DNA of 64,000 nucleotides, taken from positions 2,596 to 66,595 of the forward strand of contig DASC01000135.1 in the NCBI GenBank assembly GCA_002503595.1. The letters are read 5' to 3'. Below, piece by piece: positions 47,752-57,927 of the stretch. Made by a program: the position numbers and the translations under genes. How positions within the stretch are numbered: position 1 is the stretch's first letter; every line of letters starts with the position of its first letter. The stretch comes from Candidatus Methanogaster sp. UBA203. Lineage in GTDB: Archaea; Halobacteriota; Methanosarcinia; Methanosarcinales; Methanogasteraceae. The notes beneath the pieces were generated by a model, which saw only the letters and a program-made list of their open reading frames with translations, had not been told where the DNA came from and did no database searches.

Positions 47752-48705
47752 TCACCCCAGAAAGTCTTGCAGCCTTGATTGCTTCCTATATTCTTTGATT
47801 CTCTCTTCTGCGGTATTACAATAATTTTCAGATATATCGATCCCTATGTGCCTCCGATTTAATTTTTCCGCAACCAGCGTCGTCGTCCCAACGCCATTGA
47901 ACGGGTCTAAAACGATATCATCTACATAACTGAATAATCTCATCAAACGATAAGGTATCTCTTCTGGAAACATTGCCGGATGATCATACATTTTCATGTT
48001 TCTCTCAGGAGCAACGTCCCACTTTGCATATACCCATTTCTTAAATTCATCACCTGTAATATCTATTTTATCCGCATCCCCTGTCTTTTTATGCGAGTCT
48101 TTGCAGAATATCTCAATAAATTCCCAAGTGTATTTCAAATACGGCATACTCGGACTTTTCCAGCTTCCCCACGCCGTGTATTTGCAGTTATAGTTGTGCT
48201 TATCCCATAGTATTTCCCCTTTCCAAAGCAGCCCCAAAGCTGATAATTGGTTTGAGATGATGTGGTGGGTCGGTATATAATCAGAAAACATTGGTTGAAC
48301 ATTGACACAGATACGACCAGCAGGCTTTAAAATTCTAAAACATTCTGCCCATATCCTATTCAATTTTGAAAAATAGTGAGACCAGTGGATGGCATCCTGA
48401 CCTTCATCCTCTTCATACTCCAAACCAAAATTATAGGGCGGCGATGTGATGAGTATATCGATAGAATTATCGGGTATTTCTTTCAATATATTTTCGCTGT
48501 CTCCACAGTGGACCTTATTGACCCATCTGGAAATATCGGCTTCTTCAATTTCTGTTTTAGTACCGATTTTGTATTTAGTCCCCTCTCTACGTATTTCTTT
48601 ATCCTTTCGATCTTTTACTTTCCGTTCTCTACTCAACAACTTTGCATCCGGATATTCCCCCGATCCGTTCGTTTTCTTGGCGGTTGTAGATTGGAGTTGC
48701 TGCAT
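47752..48705 (-). CDS. DNA methyltransferase, N4-cytosine/N6-adenine beta class
   Basis: Motif IV ILITSPPYNF precedes motif I DPFNGVGTTTLVAEKLNRRHIGIDI, which is the beta-class permutation. SPPY favours m4C but does not exclude m6A. Confidence 0.85.
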   Translation of the reverse strand: MQQLQSTTAKKTNGSGEYPDAKLLSRERKVKDRKDKEIRREGTKYKIGTKTEIEEADISRWVNKVHCGDSENILKEIPDNSIDILITSPPYNFGLEYEEDEGQDAIHWSHYFSKLNRIWAECFRILKPAGRICVNVQPMFSDYIPTHHIISNQLSALGLLWKGEILWDKHNYNCKYTAWGSWKSPSMPYLKYTWEFIEIFCKDSHKKTGDADKIDITGDEFKKWVYAKWDVAPERNMKMYDHPAMFPEEIPYRLMRLFSYVDDIVLDPFNGVGTTTLVAEKLNRRHIGIDISENYCNTAEERIKEYRKQSRLQDFLG

Positions 48706-48885
48706 AGGTATGACATCGAGTGTAATGATTAATAAACCCTCCAGAATATTATATGCTCACAAGAGTTCGCACCTCAAAACCGCACCATCAGCGCGCCCAA
48801 CCCGACTGCGGCAACTACGTACCCGCCACGCCCATCGACCTGCTTGCCTGATCGGAGGGCGCGACGGATGATTTATCATTTATCT

Positions 48886-49635
48886 TCACAGCCCCGCAAT
48901 CGCGCTCTCTGTCCAGATCGTGAGCCTGCCTGCGTGTGTGCCAGGTGCGAGCATTTCCGCATTCAACCGGTCGCACATCACGACATCCACGCCAGAGAGG
49001 TTGCGCGCACCCTTCTCGATGCCGCTGTAATCGGATGTCACGATCAGGATGCTCTTTGGCTTCTTGTATTTTCTGCCACGAAGCTTCCCTCTGCCTGCCC
49101 TGATATGCTTCCCGGTCTTGGCACGGATCACGTCCTGCCAGAGGTTGATCGCCTGCAAAACCTCGCAAACGTCCTTGGTCTTCGCCAGACTCCCAAACGC
49201 ATCCTCAAGAACGATCGGAAGACCGAGATCTGCCTCGAACCTGTGTCCTCTGTTAGTAACGAGGTCAGGATTGGTTGTGGCTGCAATCGCTGACCTGATC
49301 GCAAACCTTCGCTCCTTCCTGTTGATCTTCTCGCTCCAGTCCTTCTCTGCCTTTGGTGGATGCGCTTTTCTGCCGCCCTTTGCCTGCGGAACCCGTGCAG
49401 CGCGGTTTGAGTTCACAAGTCGTGGAATCTGCGCTATCCCCCTGCCTGATCCAAGCGAGCGCGCCGATGTCCTCATGCCCGCGTACGCTGTTACGCCATA
49501 CGGCTGCCTGCGGTTTGCCTGCGCGGCAAGGACTGCTTTTTTGATGAGGTCCGGGCGGTAGGCTTCGGAAAATACATCTGGGAGATCGATTTCACGTAAA
49601 ACGTCTCCGGATAAACTTAAAACATTGGTTTTCAT
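48886..49635 (-). CDS. rpl4: 50S ribosomal protein uL4
   Basis: 249 aa. [27 protein letters not shown] and [21 protein letters not shown] are present. It starts 6 nt after rpl3. Confidence 0.92.
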   Translation of the reverse strand: MKTNVLSLSGDVLREIDLPDVFSEAYRPDLIKKAVLAAQANRRQPYGVTAYAGMRTSARSLGSGRGIAQIPRLVNSNRAARVPQAKGGRKAHPPKAEKDWSEKINRKERRFAIRSAIAATTNPDLVTNRGHRFEADLGLPIVLEDAFGSLAKTKDVCEVLQAINLWQDVIRAKTGKHIRAGRGKLRGRKYKKPKSILIVTSDYSGIEKGARNLSGVDVVMCDRLNAEMLAPGTHAGRLTIWTESAIAGL

Positions 49636-49640
49636 CTAAA

Positions 49641-50597
49641 TCACCCCTGATGCGATTCTTTGCTGATATAATTGATCGCAGGAGCGTCCAACGGCGGCTT
49701 GCCGCGTATGGGCGGTCTCATCCGGATCAATCTCTTTGACGGACCAGGAACGCTTCCGCGAATCATCACGTACCCGTTTTTGACGATGCCGTAGTTTATG
49801 AATCCGCCATCCGGAGTCACTTCAGTTCCGTCAGATCCGATCTTTAAGATCCGTTTGTTAAATTCGGTGCGCTGGTAGTACCCGGTCTGCCCCATCAGCG
49901 GCACAGTTCTCCGCACATAATGCGGGGTCCATGGACCAAGGTTTCCGATGTGCCGCTTCTTTCCGGTGCGGCTATGCTTGCCCTTCTGCAGCTGCACACC
50001 CCATCGCTTCACAGGTCCCTGCGTCCCTTTTCCGGTGGTTATCGCGGCAACATCCGCAAACTCGCCGGGAGCGAAGAGATCTGCCATCTGATACTCCTTC
50101 CCGAGAATCGATCTGCCGTACTCGAACTGCGCGGCAACGTCCCCACCAGCGATCAGCGTCTCCATCACGTCAGGCGTCTTCTTTGGAATCCCTGAAACGA
50201 GGTGCGGCATGGTCTGGACGACCGCACGGATCTCGCGCACCGCGCCCTCCTCAAGAGCGCGTTCGATGTTATCATTATCACGGTCTGCCCACACCTCTGT
50301 AATCAATTTCATCCCATAATATCCCCGGTCTGTGTAGGCACGCAGCGCAACAGCGCGCATGGCAGGAGTCTCGATGATCGTTACAGGCACCGATATCTCA
50401 ATACCCGATGTAATGCTGTTCGGACGGTCGTCGATCATCAGCACATGGGTCATTCCTGCCTTGTACCCTGCAAAATCCTGTATCTTCGGCTCTTCTCCAT
50501 CGGTCCGCCACGATCGTATCCGTGCGATCGGTTTCTTTGCTTTTTTTCTCGGGCTGAATGCAAGTGACCCTCTTCTTGGTCTGTGTATCGTTGGCAT
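49641..50597 (-). CDS. rpl3: 50S ribosomal protein uL3
   Basis: 318 aa. [27 protein letters not shown] and [14 protein letters not shown] are present. Confidence 0.92.
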   Translation of the reverse strand: MPTIHRPRRGSLAFSPRKKAKKPIARIRSWRTDGEEPKIQDFAGYKAGMTHVLMIDDRPNSITSGIEISVPVTIIETPAMRAVALRAYTDRGYYGMKLITEVWADRDNDNIERALEEGAVREIRAVVQTMPHLVSGIPKKTPDVMETLIAGGDVAAQFEYGRSILGKEYQMADLFAPGEFADVAAITTGKGTQGPVKRWGVQLQKGKHSRTGKKRHIGNLGPWTPHYVRRTVPLMGQTGYYQRTEFNKRILKIGSDGTEVTPDGGFINYGIVKNGYVMIRGSVPGPSKRLIRMRPPIRGKPPLDAPAINYISKESHQG

Positions 50598-50892
50598 TTT
50601 TCAAATCCTCTTTCCAGAAGCATCGCTGTATACAGTATTAATGTTAACGTTCAAAAGGGGTTTGTCCGGACTACTGTGTTGCATGGTTGTGGAAAAATCC
50701 TAAATCCTGATATGGCATCGCGCAACTTGTCAGCCCCCACGTCATCGATAGGATTATGTATGATGAACGTCTCGTAATCATGGCGAAAAGTGCTTATACG
50801 CTTCAGACACCCCATATCGTGGAGGTCTCAGTATCACCGACTCCAAAAAAACATCAGACCCACATGAAAGCGCGACCAATGGCGATAAGAAA

Positions 50893-52326
50893 TTGCAATC
50901 ACCGTATCTTGTCATAGGCAGCGGTAACATCGGGTCAGCGGTTGCCAGAGAACTTGTGAATCGGAATAAGAAGGTTGTACTGATCGACAGGGATGCTGCG
51001 AAGGTTGAAACCCTTAAGGAGCAGGAGTTTGAAGCCATCGTAGGCGATCTCAACGACCCGGGTCTGCTCGATCCGATCGATATCAAGAGCGTTGAAGTGG
51101 CGCTGATCCTGAGTTCTGACGTTTCTGCAAACGAAAACGCAATCGTTACAATAAAGCAGGCATCAGAGAGCATTCAGGTGATTGCACGTGCACCAAACAG
51201 CATCGCAAAGACCAAACTTATAGAGGCAGGGGCTGACAGCGTGATCATGCCACCAAGGGTCGTTTCCGATGCCACGCTGCGGATCCTCGACCGCGTGGAA
51301 TCTGCCAGACATGCCTCGAACGTCCTTAATATTCTACGCTCGATCGGTAACGGGAAACTTGCCATCGTGGTTCACGACAATCCGGATCCGGATGCCATGT
51401 CCAGTGCTGTTGCCCTGAAGACGATTGCTGAGAGCGTTGATATCGAATCCGAGATGCTGTACCGGGGCGAGATCGGTCACCAGGAGAACAAGGCATTCAT
51501 AAATCTCCTCCAAATCGATATGAGCAAACTCGATGAACAGAAGGCACATTCTCTTGAAGATTTCAAGAAGATTGCGCTTATCGATTGTTCGATGCCAGGG
51601 GAGAATAACCTGCTCCCGAAGGATTCTGATGTTGCTATCGTCATCGACCACCATCCTGCCGAGATGAAGGCGGTACATGCTGAGTATATAGATATACGCC
51701 CGAATTCCGGAGCTACAGCAACGATCATGACGAAATATCTCCAGGAACTTGATATTCCGATCAGCAAGGATCTTGCGACCGCGCTGTTATACGGCATCCG
51801 CACCGACACACTCGGATTCAAACGGAATGCCAATCCGACCGATCTGACTGCGGCTGCACTTCTGTATCCTCTCGCAGACCATGATATCCTAAACATGATC
51901 GAAACGCCAGCCATCTCCACAGAAACGCTGGACGTGTTCGGGGAGGCGATAAGGAACCGGAAGATCAAGGGCAGTTACCTGATCACGAATGTTGGGATCC
52001 TTCGGGATCGGGACGCGCTTGCACAGGCTGCCGACTATCTGCTGAACCTCGAGGGCATCACGACCGTCCTTGTATACGGGATCGGTGAGGACTGCATATA
52101 TCTCTCTGCAAGAAGCAACGATATCCGGCTGAATCTTGGAAAGTCGATACAGGACGCGTTCGGGGAGACCGGTTCGGCAGGAGGGCACTCAACAATGGCT
52201 GGCGCCCAGATCCCGCTCGGAGTCTTCAGCGACGCAAAAGATAGGCAGGCACTTATGAAGATCTCAGAAGAAGTGGTGATGAAACGGTTCTTTGCAGCGA
52301 TCGGCGTTGAGAATGGGGATGAATGA
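50893..52326 (+). CDS. TrkA-N (NAD-binding) domain fused to a DHH/DHHA1 phosphoesterase
   Basis: The N-terminal Rossmann motif is VIGSGNIGSAVARELV. DHH motifs are VHDNPDPDAMSS and VIDHHPA, and the DHHA1 motif is GGHSTMAG. The start is TTG as given by the track. Confidence 0.7.
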   Translation: MQSPYLVIGSGNIGSAVARELVNRNKKVVLIDRDAAKVETLKEQEFEAIVGDLNDPGLLDPIDIKSVEVALILSSDVSANENAIVTIKQASESIQVIARAPNSIAKTKLIEAGADSVIMPPRVVSDATLRILDRVESARHASNVLNILRSIGNGKLAIVVHDNPDPDAMSSAVALKTIAESVDIESEMLYRGEIGHQENKAFINLLQIDMSKLDEQKAHSLEDFKKIALIDCSMPGENNLLPKDSDVAIVIDHHPAEMKAVHAEYIDIRPNSGATATIMTKYLQELDIPISKDLATALLYGIRTDTLGFKRNANPTDLTAAALLYPLADHDILNMIETPAISTETLDVFGEAIRNRKIKGSYLITNVGILRDRDALAQAADYLLNLEGITTVLVYGIGEDCIYLSARSNDIRLNLGKSIQDAFGETGSAGGHSTMAGAQIPLGVFSDAKDRQALMKISEEVVMKRFFAAIGVENGDE

Positions 52327-52561
52327 ATCTGGAAATCGAATTTTTGAACATGCTCAGGGCTTGTTAGGAAATAACCTGGCGGAATTAGTGCTATTTGCCC
52401 AAACGCGTGAGTTCGTGACTATGAGCGCAAGCGAAGCAGAGCCGAAGGCATAAAATCGGCACCAAGGGATGGCTGCACCAATGCTGCGCATTCACGAATA
52501 AACGAATGTATGACAAAATATAAAAACTATAGAATAATTAAAAAATAAAAAATAAAATCGC

Positions 52562-52852
52562 TCAAATGTTCTCGAGCGATTCGATACCGATCTTCCTGAC
52601 GTTTGGCTTCCATATCTTGTCTGGCATCCAGTCAGGCTTGTTCTTTGGAGCGTTAACCTGTTCCCTCCACCCCTCGAAGATGTGTACCTTTTTTGTGCCG
52701 CGTTCACGTAGCATTATCCGTATAGGATTGGATTTGGTACTGCCAACCCGATTCGCAACCTTGAGCGCTGCCTGTCGAGGCTGCTTTCCAGAAAAGACAC
52801 CATGTTCGCTGCCACCATTGTCCCGCAGTACAAAGTTCCTTGTTTTCTCCAT
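52562..52852 (-). CDS. Chromatin protein MC1
   Basis: RNFVLRDNGGSEHGVFSGKQPRQAALKVANR..LRERGTKKVHIFEGWREQVNAPKNKPDWMP closely matches my recollection of Methanosarcina MC1. Confidence 0.85.
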   Translation of the reverse strand: MEKTRNFVLRDNGGSEHGVFSGKQPRQAALKVANRVGSTKSNPIRIMLRERGTKKVHIFEGWREQVNAPKNKPDWMPDKIWKPNVRKIGIESLENI

Positions 52853-53012
52853 AACATACACCTCGCGCTATGCTTAAGTCATGCGCATGTAATACTGATC
52901 ACTTATAGGATATTAATGTAACGCCGGCAATGTCCTGCCCTGATGGCGGTGGCACCGATGGATCGCTCTTGGCGATGTCCATTAATGCGATGATCCGCGG
53001 AGATGAGATGCA

Positions 53013-53471
53013 ATGGTAAGTATCATGGAAATCTACCAGTTACTCCCGAAACTGAACTGTAAGGAGTGTGAAAAGCCCACGTGCATAGCATTCGCAAGTT
53101 CGCTTCTGTCAGGCGAATCCAAGATTGCTGATTGCCCGCCGCTCTACGAGAGCGGATACGAGAGCCAATTGCAGGAACTGCAATCGCTGCTTGCGCCAGT
53201 GAGCGGGGCTACCGAGACCGGCCTAGTTATCCATGAGGAGCTATGCTTCGGGTGCGGGAACTGCGTCGTTGCCTGCCCCGTAAACGTTGCCAATGATCCG
53301 CATGGTGCGGCTCTCGGGCTTGCGCCATCCAACGACAAGGTGATCCTCGAAGTGGCAGGCGGCATCGTCACTGCCAAGAATGTCGGTGAATGCAGGCGGT
53401 TCGGGCAGAATAAGATCCTGTGCGATGTCTGTATCGTAACCTGCCCATCAAAAGCGATCGAATTTGTGTAA
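53013..53471 (+). CDS. Fe-S protein: an N-terminal CdhE/RnfB-type Fe-S domain plus a 2x[4Fe-4S] ferredoxin domain
   Basis: The LPKLNCKECEKPTCIAFA motif and two ferredoxin motifs, CFGCGNCVVACP and CDVCIVTCP, are present. Confidence 0.7.
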   Translation: MVSIMEIYQLLPKLNCKECEKPTCIAFASSLLSGESKIADCPPLYESGYESQLQELQSLLAPVSGATETGLVIHEELCFGCGNCVVACPVNVANDPHGAALGLAPSNDKVILEVAGGIVTAKNVGECRRFGQNKILCDVCIVTCPSKAIEFV

Positions 53472-53484
53472 GGGAGCTTTTCAC

Positions 53485-53812
53485 CAAACTTTTCACAAAA
53501 GTTTGATCAAAAACTGCCCTTCGGGGTTATACACCCGTTTTTCACTCGCAAACTTTCCACAAAGCTTTGACGGTTCCGCTGGCGCTTCGCATTCAAAAAA
53601 TGGTCTCCGACCCGAAGGGCATTTCTTACTCGCAAACTTTTCACAAAAGTTTGATCAAAAACTGCCCTTCGGGGTTATACACCCGTTTTTCACTCGCAAA
53701 CTTTCCACAAAGCTTTGACGGTTCCGCTGGCGCTTCGCATTCAAAAAATGGTCTCCGACCCGAAGGGCAGTTTTTACTCGATTTTTTGTGAAAAAATCGT
53801 GTGAAAGAATCA
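53485..53812. repeat. Tandem repeat of 148-bp units (2 near-identical units plus a diverged hairpin tail), each unit made of two related half-units of about 74 bp
   Basis: caaacttttcacaaaagtttga starts at 53485 and again at 53633. The two units differ at only a few positions near 53620-53625. Perfect 9-bp/3-nt-loop hairpins are caaactttt-cac-aaaagtttg and cgatttttt-gtg-aaaaaatcg. Confidence 0.9.
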
Positions 53813-53814
53813 GC

Positions 53815-55728
53815 TCACGCCACCCGTACAGTCTCGAGGTTTCTCGGCACCTGAGTTTTGATGTGGTGTTTGTTATAAATCACACTTGCAAGACTCAGGC
53901 AGTTCCTCTCATCCCCATGCTCGGTCATCACAAGTTCCGGTTTCGGACGCATGTTCTTGATGTATTTTACCAGTTGGTTCCGGTCCGAATGCCCTGAAAA
54001 CCCATCGATCGTGCAGACCTCGAGTTTGATCTTGAGCAACTCGGACACGCCCCTCCTTGTTATCGGTATCTCGGTCCTCCCCTTCTGGATACGCTGTCCC
54101 ACAGTCCCCTCGGCTTGATACCCGACAAATACCAGAGTGCTCTTCTCATCCGGTGCAAATGCCTTGAGGTATTCCATGATCGGACCGCCGTTCATCATTC
54201 CCGAGGTCGAGATGATAATCGCGGGATCGATATTGCTCAAAAGATCCTCCCGCATCTTCTGCGAATCCACCTTGACGAAACAATCCGCAAGGAACGGATT
54301 CATCCCTTTGTGGAAGATCTGATTCCGCAGATCGCTGTTCAGATACTCAGGATGCGTGGTGTGGATCGCTGTTGCCTCCCAGATCATGCCGTCCAAATAT
54401 ATCGGAACCTGCTCGATCTTCTTCTGCCGCATCGCCTCTTCGAGAACCAGCATCACATCCTGACTTCGCCCGACCGCAAAAGCAGGGATCAGCACCTTGC
54501 CCCCGCGTTCGATAGTCCTCTTCACGATCTCTGATAGGTTCTTCTCTGCAACATTCCGCGGAGGCTGGAAATCATTCGGACCGCCATAAGTCGCCTCCAT
54601 GACCACGGTCTCCGCTCTCGGGAAATTGTTGATAGCACTGTCGAACAATCTCGTCTTTTCATACTTGAAATCGCCAGTAAAGACCACGTTGTGCAACCCA
54701 TCGCCGACGTGGAAGTGAGCGACCGCTGATCCGAGGATGTGCCCTGCATTGTGGAGTGTCAGTTTCATATCAGGCGCGATATCGGTAACGCTCCCATAAT
54801 CAAGAACAATTGTGTGTTTGAGCGCTTCCCTGACCATATCCGAGCTATACGGGATCCGCCTTCCTTCCTTGTTTGCGACATCGATGTAATCGATCTGCAG
54901 AAGCGCCATCAGATCGCGGGAGGGGGGTGTAGCATACACAGGACCACGGTACCCATACTTGAACAAGAGCGGCACAAGCCCGCAGTGGTCGAGATGCGCA
55001 TGTGTCACAACTACGCCATCGAGGTGTGTGATAGGGGAGACTTCAGGGATGTACAGGTATGGTGTGCTGCCGTTGTCATCAGCACCCACATTGATGCCGC
55101 AATCAATCAACACTCTCGTTTCCGGAGTTGACAGCAAGAAGCAACTCCGTCCAACCTCTCTACAACCTCCGAGTGCTGTTATGCGTATCCAGTTATCAGG
55201 AGATGTGATGCTGCGATGTATCTTCTCCCCGAGTTCCCGCAGGATCTTTTTGCGCTCGTCAAGACTCTCGCGCAGCACATGCCTGACGTTCTTTATCGTT
55301 GACGATTCGATCGGTGGGGTGCGCACGACCTTTGGCGTCCAGCCGATGTGTCTTGTGATCTCACGAAGCATTGATCCGTGCTGTCCGATAACGAGCCCTG
55401 GCTTCTCTGCCTCGATCGTAACCTCTCCAGTATCGCTATCAAAGCAGTAGTCGGTGATGCCAGCATCCGCCGGCGCTATCTTCTCGATTGCAGCAGTCGC
55501 ATCAGCAGGATCATACAGCACACTCTTGTCAGGACGTATCACGATCCGCTTTCGCACATCCTTCGCAATCGACCGCACGATCTCGCCGTTATCTGCCAGT
55601 TTCCGCGGCTCCTTCGTGTATATCACCAGTTCGGGACCCTCGAACTCCACGTCCGAGATCGTCACTCCGACCGGAAGATTCTTCCGTATCCGCTGCCTTA
55701 ATTCAGACAGTGTCTCTTCTATACCCAT
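53815..55728 (-). CDS. aCPSF1 / FttA: beta-CASP metallo-beta-lactamase ribonuclease with N-terminal KH domains
   Basis: 637 aa. It has N-terminal KH repeats, the motif [11 protein letters not shown] and beta-CASP motifs. Its ATG overlaps the psmB stop by 1 nt. Confidence 0.92.
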   Translation of the reverse strand: MGIEETLSELRQRIRKNLPVGVTISDVEFEGPELVIYTKEPRKLADNGEIVRSIAKDVRKRIVIRPDKSVLYDPADATAAIEKIAPADAGITDYCFDSDTGEVTIEAEKPGLVIGQHGSMLREITRHIGWTPKVVRTPPIESSTIKNVRHVLRESLDERKKILRELGEKIHRSITSPDNWIRITALGGCREVGRSCFLLSTPETRVLIDCGINVGADDNGSTPYLYIPEVSPITHLDGVVVTHAHLDHCGLVPLLFKYGYRGPVYATPPSRDLMALLQIDYIDVANKEGRRIPYSSDMVREALKHTIVLDYGSVTDIAPDMKLTLHNAGHILGSAVAHFHVGDGLHNVVFTGDFKYEKTRLFDSAINNFPRAETVVMEATYGGPNDFQPPRNVAEKNLSEIVKRTIERGGKVLIPAFAVGRSQDVMLVLEEAMRQKKIEQVPIYLDGMIWEATAIHTTHPEYLNSDLRNQIFHKGMNPFLADCFVKVDSQKMREDLLSNIDPAIIISTSGMMNGGPIMEYLKAFAPDEKSTLVFVGYQAEGTVGQRIQKGRTEIPITRRGVSELLKIKLEVCTIDGFSGHSDRNQLVKYIKNMRPKPELVMTEHGDERNCLSLASVIYNKHHIKTQVPRNLETVRVA

Positions 55729-56369
55729 TAATTCCCCAGTTCACCGATTTTCTTCTTGATATCGTCCTCGTGCATCTGGATATACTGGTCTTTTGTGATA
55801 ATTATCACATCGATCCCGTCCCCAGATGCCGAGTCCCGCTTCATAACGTTGTGAAGCGCACGGACCGCGAGATCGGCGCCCTCGTCGGTGGTGATGTCTT
55901 CCCTGTATCGATCCTCAAGTATGCCGTAAGCAATCGGCGAGCCCGATCCGGTGGAGACCGCTTTTCGCTCCTCAAGCCTCCCCCCGAGCGCGTCCAGTGA
56001 GTAGATGCACGGACCGCTCTTGTCCACGCCTCCGAGCAGGAGCTGAACATAAAACGGCATCATCCGCTGTGCTCCGAGCACGCTTGAGAGCAGGTTTGCC
56101 ATTGCCTTGACCGTCATCGGCTCGCACGTCCGCATCCTGTGCAGACTCGATTCCACCGAGATGACGCGTACAAGCCGCTGGGCATCACCGACAGCACCTG
56201 CTGTGGTCATGCCGACGGTATCATCGATCTTGTATATCTTCTGCGCATCCTTGCTCGCGATGAGATATCCCATCGTTGCTCTCTGCTCACTTGCGAGAAC
56301 GACGCCGTCCTTGCAAACTAATCCAATCGTGGTCGTACCTTTTAGTATATTATCGTCCATTAGAAGCAC
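55728..56369 (-). CDS. psmB: Proteasome subunit beta
   Basis: 213 aa. A propeptide is followed by [23 protein letters not shown]. Confidence 0.92.
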   Translation of the reverse strand: MLLMDDNILKGTTTIGLVCKDGVVLASEQRATMGYLIASKDAQKIYKIDDTVGMTTAGAVGDAQRLVRVISVESSLHRMRTCEPMTVKAMANLLSSVLGAQRMMPFYVQLLLGGVDKSGPCIYSLDALGGRLEERKAVSTGSGSPIAYGILEDRYREDITTDEGADLAVRALHNVMKRDSASGDGIDVIIITKDQYIQMHEDDIKKKIGELGN

Positions 56370-56505
56370 CTCATAAACGAAAAAACGAGTTTCTCAATGA
56401 ATTGCTTAATTGATAGTGTGATACGTCCGGTATATAAGGCTTTCCATGAAGCGGGGCTGCAACTTGCCCGGGTGCCGCATCGAATATCTGGCTATTGTAG
56501 AAGTG

Positions 56506-57783
56506 CTAATCAAAGACGATCTGCACCGGTTCGATTAAGTTTACCGCGTCAGAAAGTTCTATCTTCAGGTCTTCGAGTTCAATGCTTCGCATCTTCAGTT
56601 CTTCCCTTAGATTGCCCAGTTCCTCGTCGATCTGAGCTATATCCTTAGTCTTCTCGGCAAGCTGACCCTCAAGCGCGGTTTTTGTTTTCGATATGGTCAA
56701 GTCAGATATCTGGTGCTCGATCTCATGAGTCTCGGACATAAGGGTGTCGTGTCGCTCCTTTTTCGGCGCGAAGGAGTCCATTATTTGATCAATCTGATCA
56801 ACGATCTTATCGCGTTTCTTATCCTTCAGTCCGAGCGCGCCGCTCTTGACTATCTGCAGCATCTCTATCAGGAAATCGTTGACATCAGCTACGTCCGCCG
56901 AAATCGGGTTTTCGAGGCACACATCCAAGAGCCCTTTCTGCTTCTTTGAAAGCGTGTACCTTCCACTCTCGCTCTGTTTTTTCATCCGATTTAATGCCTT
57001 GTTAAGTGGAATAAACAGTTCTGTAACGTTACTTTCGATGTTATTCGCTTCCATCTCTCTTTCGTTCAACCTGTCTTCAAGTTCAACAAAGGAACTCCAT
57101 TCCTTGCTCTGTGAGAGTTGCTCCAGTTTGGCGGTGCAATCGCTTATCTCACGCTTTATTTCATCTATTTTAGAACTGTTCTTCTGTATCTTTGAGTTAC
57201 CTGCTACGATATCTCTTTTTATATCATCTATTCGCTGTATAGTCTCTGTTATCTCATCGAAACCCTTTATTTTCGCGCCTTCCCGGTCGAGCAAATCTAT
57301 GAGTTTTGCTAACGATATTTTTATACTTCTAAGGTCCGTGAATACCGCGCCAACCTCCTGTGGAAACAGGTATTTGGCACGGTGGTGGCTCTTTGCAGAC
57401 TTCTCAATTGTGGCGTCAAGAGCGGTATCGGCAGACCTGCAAAATTCCATGATGTCAGGATAATCCATCGCCGGAGTGCTGATTCTATCGATCATTACAT
57501 TGATCTGCTTGATCATGCTGTCGCGGGCTGCAAACCCCACCCTGAGTACACGGGACGGTAACTCTGGCGGATCTGCAACTTTCAGGCTCTTGATATCGCG
57601 AATCAGTTCTTCTTTTGTCTCCTCGATCTCTGCGAATATCTGTGCAGCGGATTCGAAGAACCCTCCAAGTTCTGCTCTTGTCCTCTCTGAAACCCAGTCT
57701 CCAAGATCATGGAACGCGACCGTATCTGTCGTACGAGGTTTCTGATGGTTCTGCTTCCCGAGAATTTTGTTTAGCCATTTCAC
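56506..57783 (-). CDS. Long coiled-coil protein of unknown function
   Basis: 425 aa. Heptad-rich, charged segments run throughout (IDEIKREISDCTAKLEQL, LREELKMRSIELEDLKIEL). No enzymatic motif was recognised. Confidence 0.6.
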   Translation of the reverse strand: MKWLNKILGKQNHQKPRTTDTVAFHDLGDWVSERTRAELGGFFESAAQIFAEIEETKEELIRDIKSLKVADPPELPSRVLRVGFAARDSMIKQINVMIDRISTPAMDYPDIMEFCRSADTALDATIEKSAKSHHRAKYLFPQEVGAVFTDLRSIKISLAKLIDLLDREGAKIKGFDEITETIQRIDDIKRDIVAGNSKIQKNSSKIDEIKREISDCTAKLEQLSQSKEWSSFVELEDRLNEREMEANNIESNVTELFIPLNKALNRMKKQSESGRYTLSKKQKGLLDVCLENPISADVADVNDFLIEMLQIVKSGALGLKDKKRDKIVDQIDQIMDSFAPKKERHDTLMSETHEIEHQISDLTISKTKTALEGQLAEKTKDIAQIDEELGNLREELKMRSIELEDLKIELSDAVNLIEPVQIVFD

Positions 57784-57892
57784 TGTATTCCCGCCTGTCC
57801 TATAGTTTTGAATGGTATCGGTTATGTCGTTTCTATATTATAGGTACTACCGGAGGAGCTTGCCAGCCCTGCCATCCCACTACATCTGGCAG

Positions 57893-57900
57893 AAATTTAA
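57893..57900 (+). promoter_or_regulatory. Candidate TATA box for ilvD (AAATTTAA)
   Basis: It lies about 30 nt upstream of the ATG at 57928. Confidence 0.3.
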
Positions 57901-57927
57901 TGTATCACCGCCGCAATAACAAAACGC

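Noticed and set aside
53464-53791. Two overlapping plus-strand ORFs (84 and 74 aa) with a repeated peptide, FHKSLIKNCPSGLYTRFSLANFPQSFDGSAGASHSKNGLRPEG
   Set aside because: They are simply the translation of the 148-bp tandem repeat in an open frame. There is no start context, and the hairpin-rich sequence lies between two convergent gene ends.
53485-53812. CRISPR array
   Set aside because: There are only two long (148-bp) contiguous units with no unique spacers between them, and no cas genes anywhere in the window.
53485-53812. Replication origin, because the ttcacaaaagtttga-type repeats vaguely recall archaeal ORB/mini-ORB elements
   Set aside because: No orc1/cdc6 gene is nearby and no obvious AT-rich unwinding element sits between inverted ORBs. 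The resemblance to known ORB consensus is weak and from memory only.
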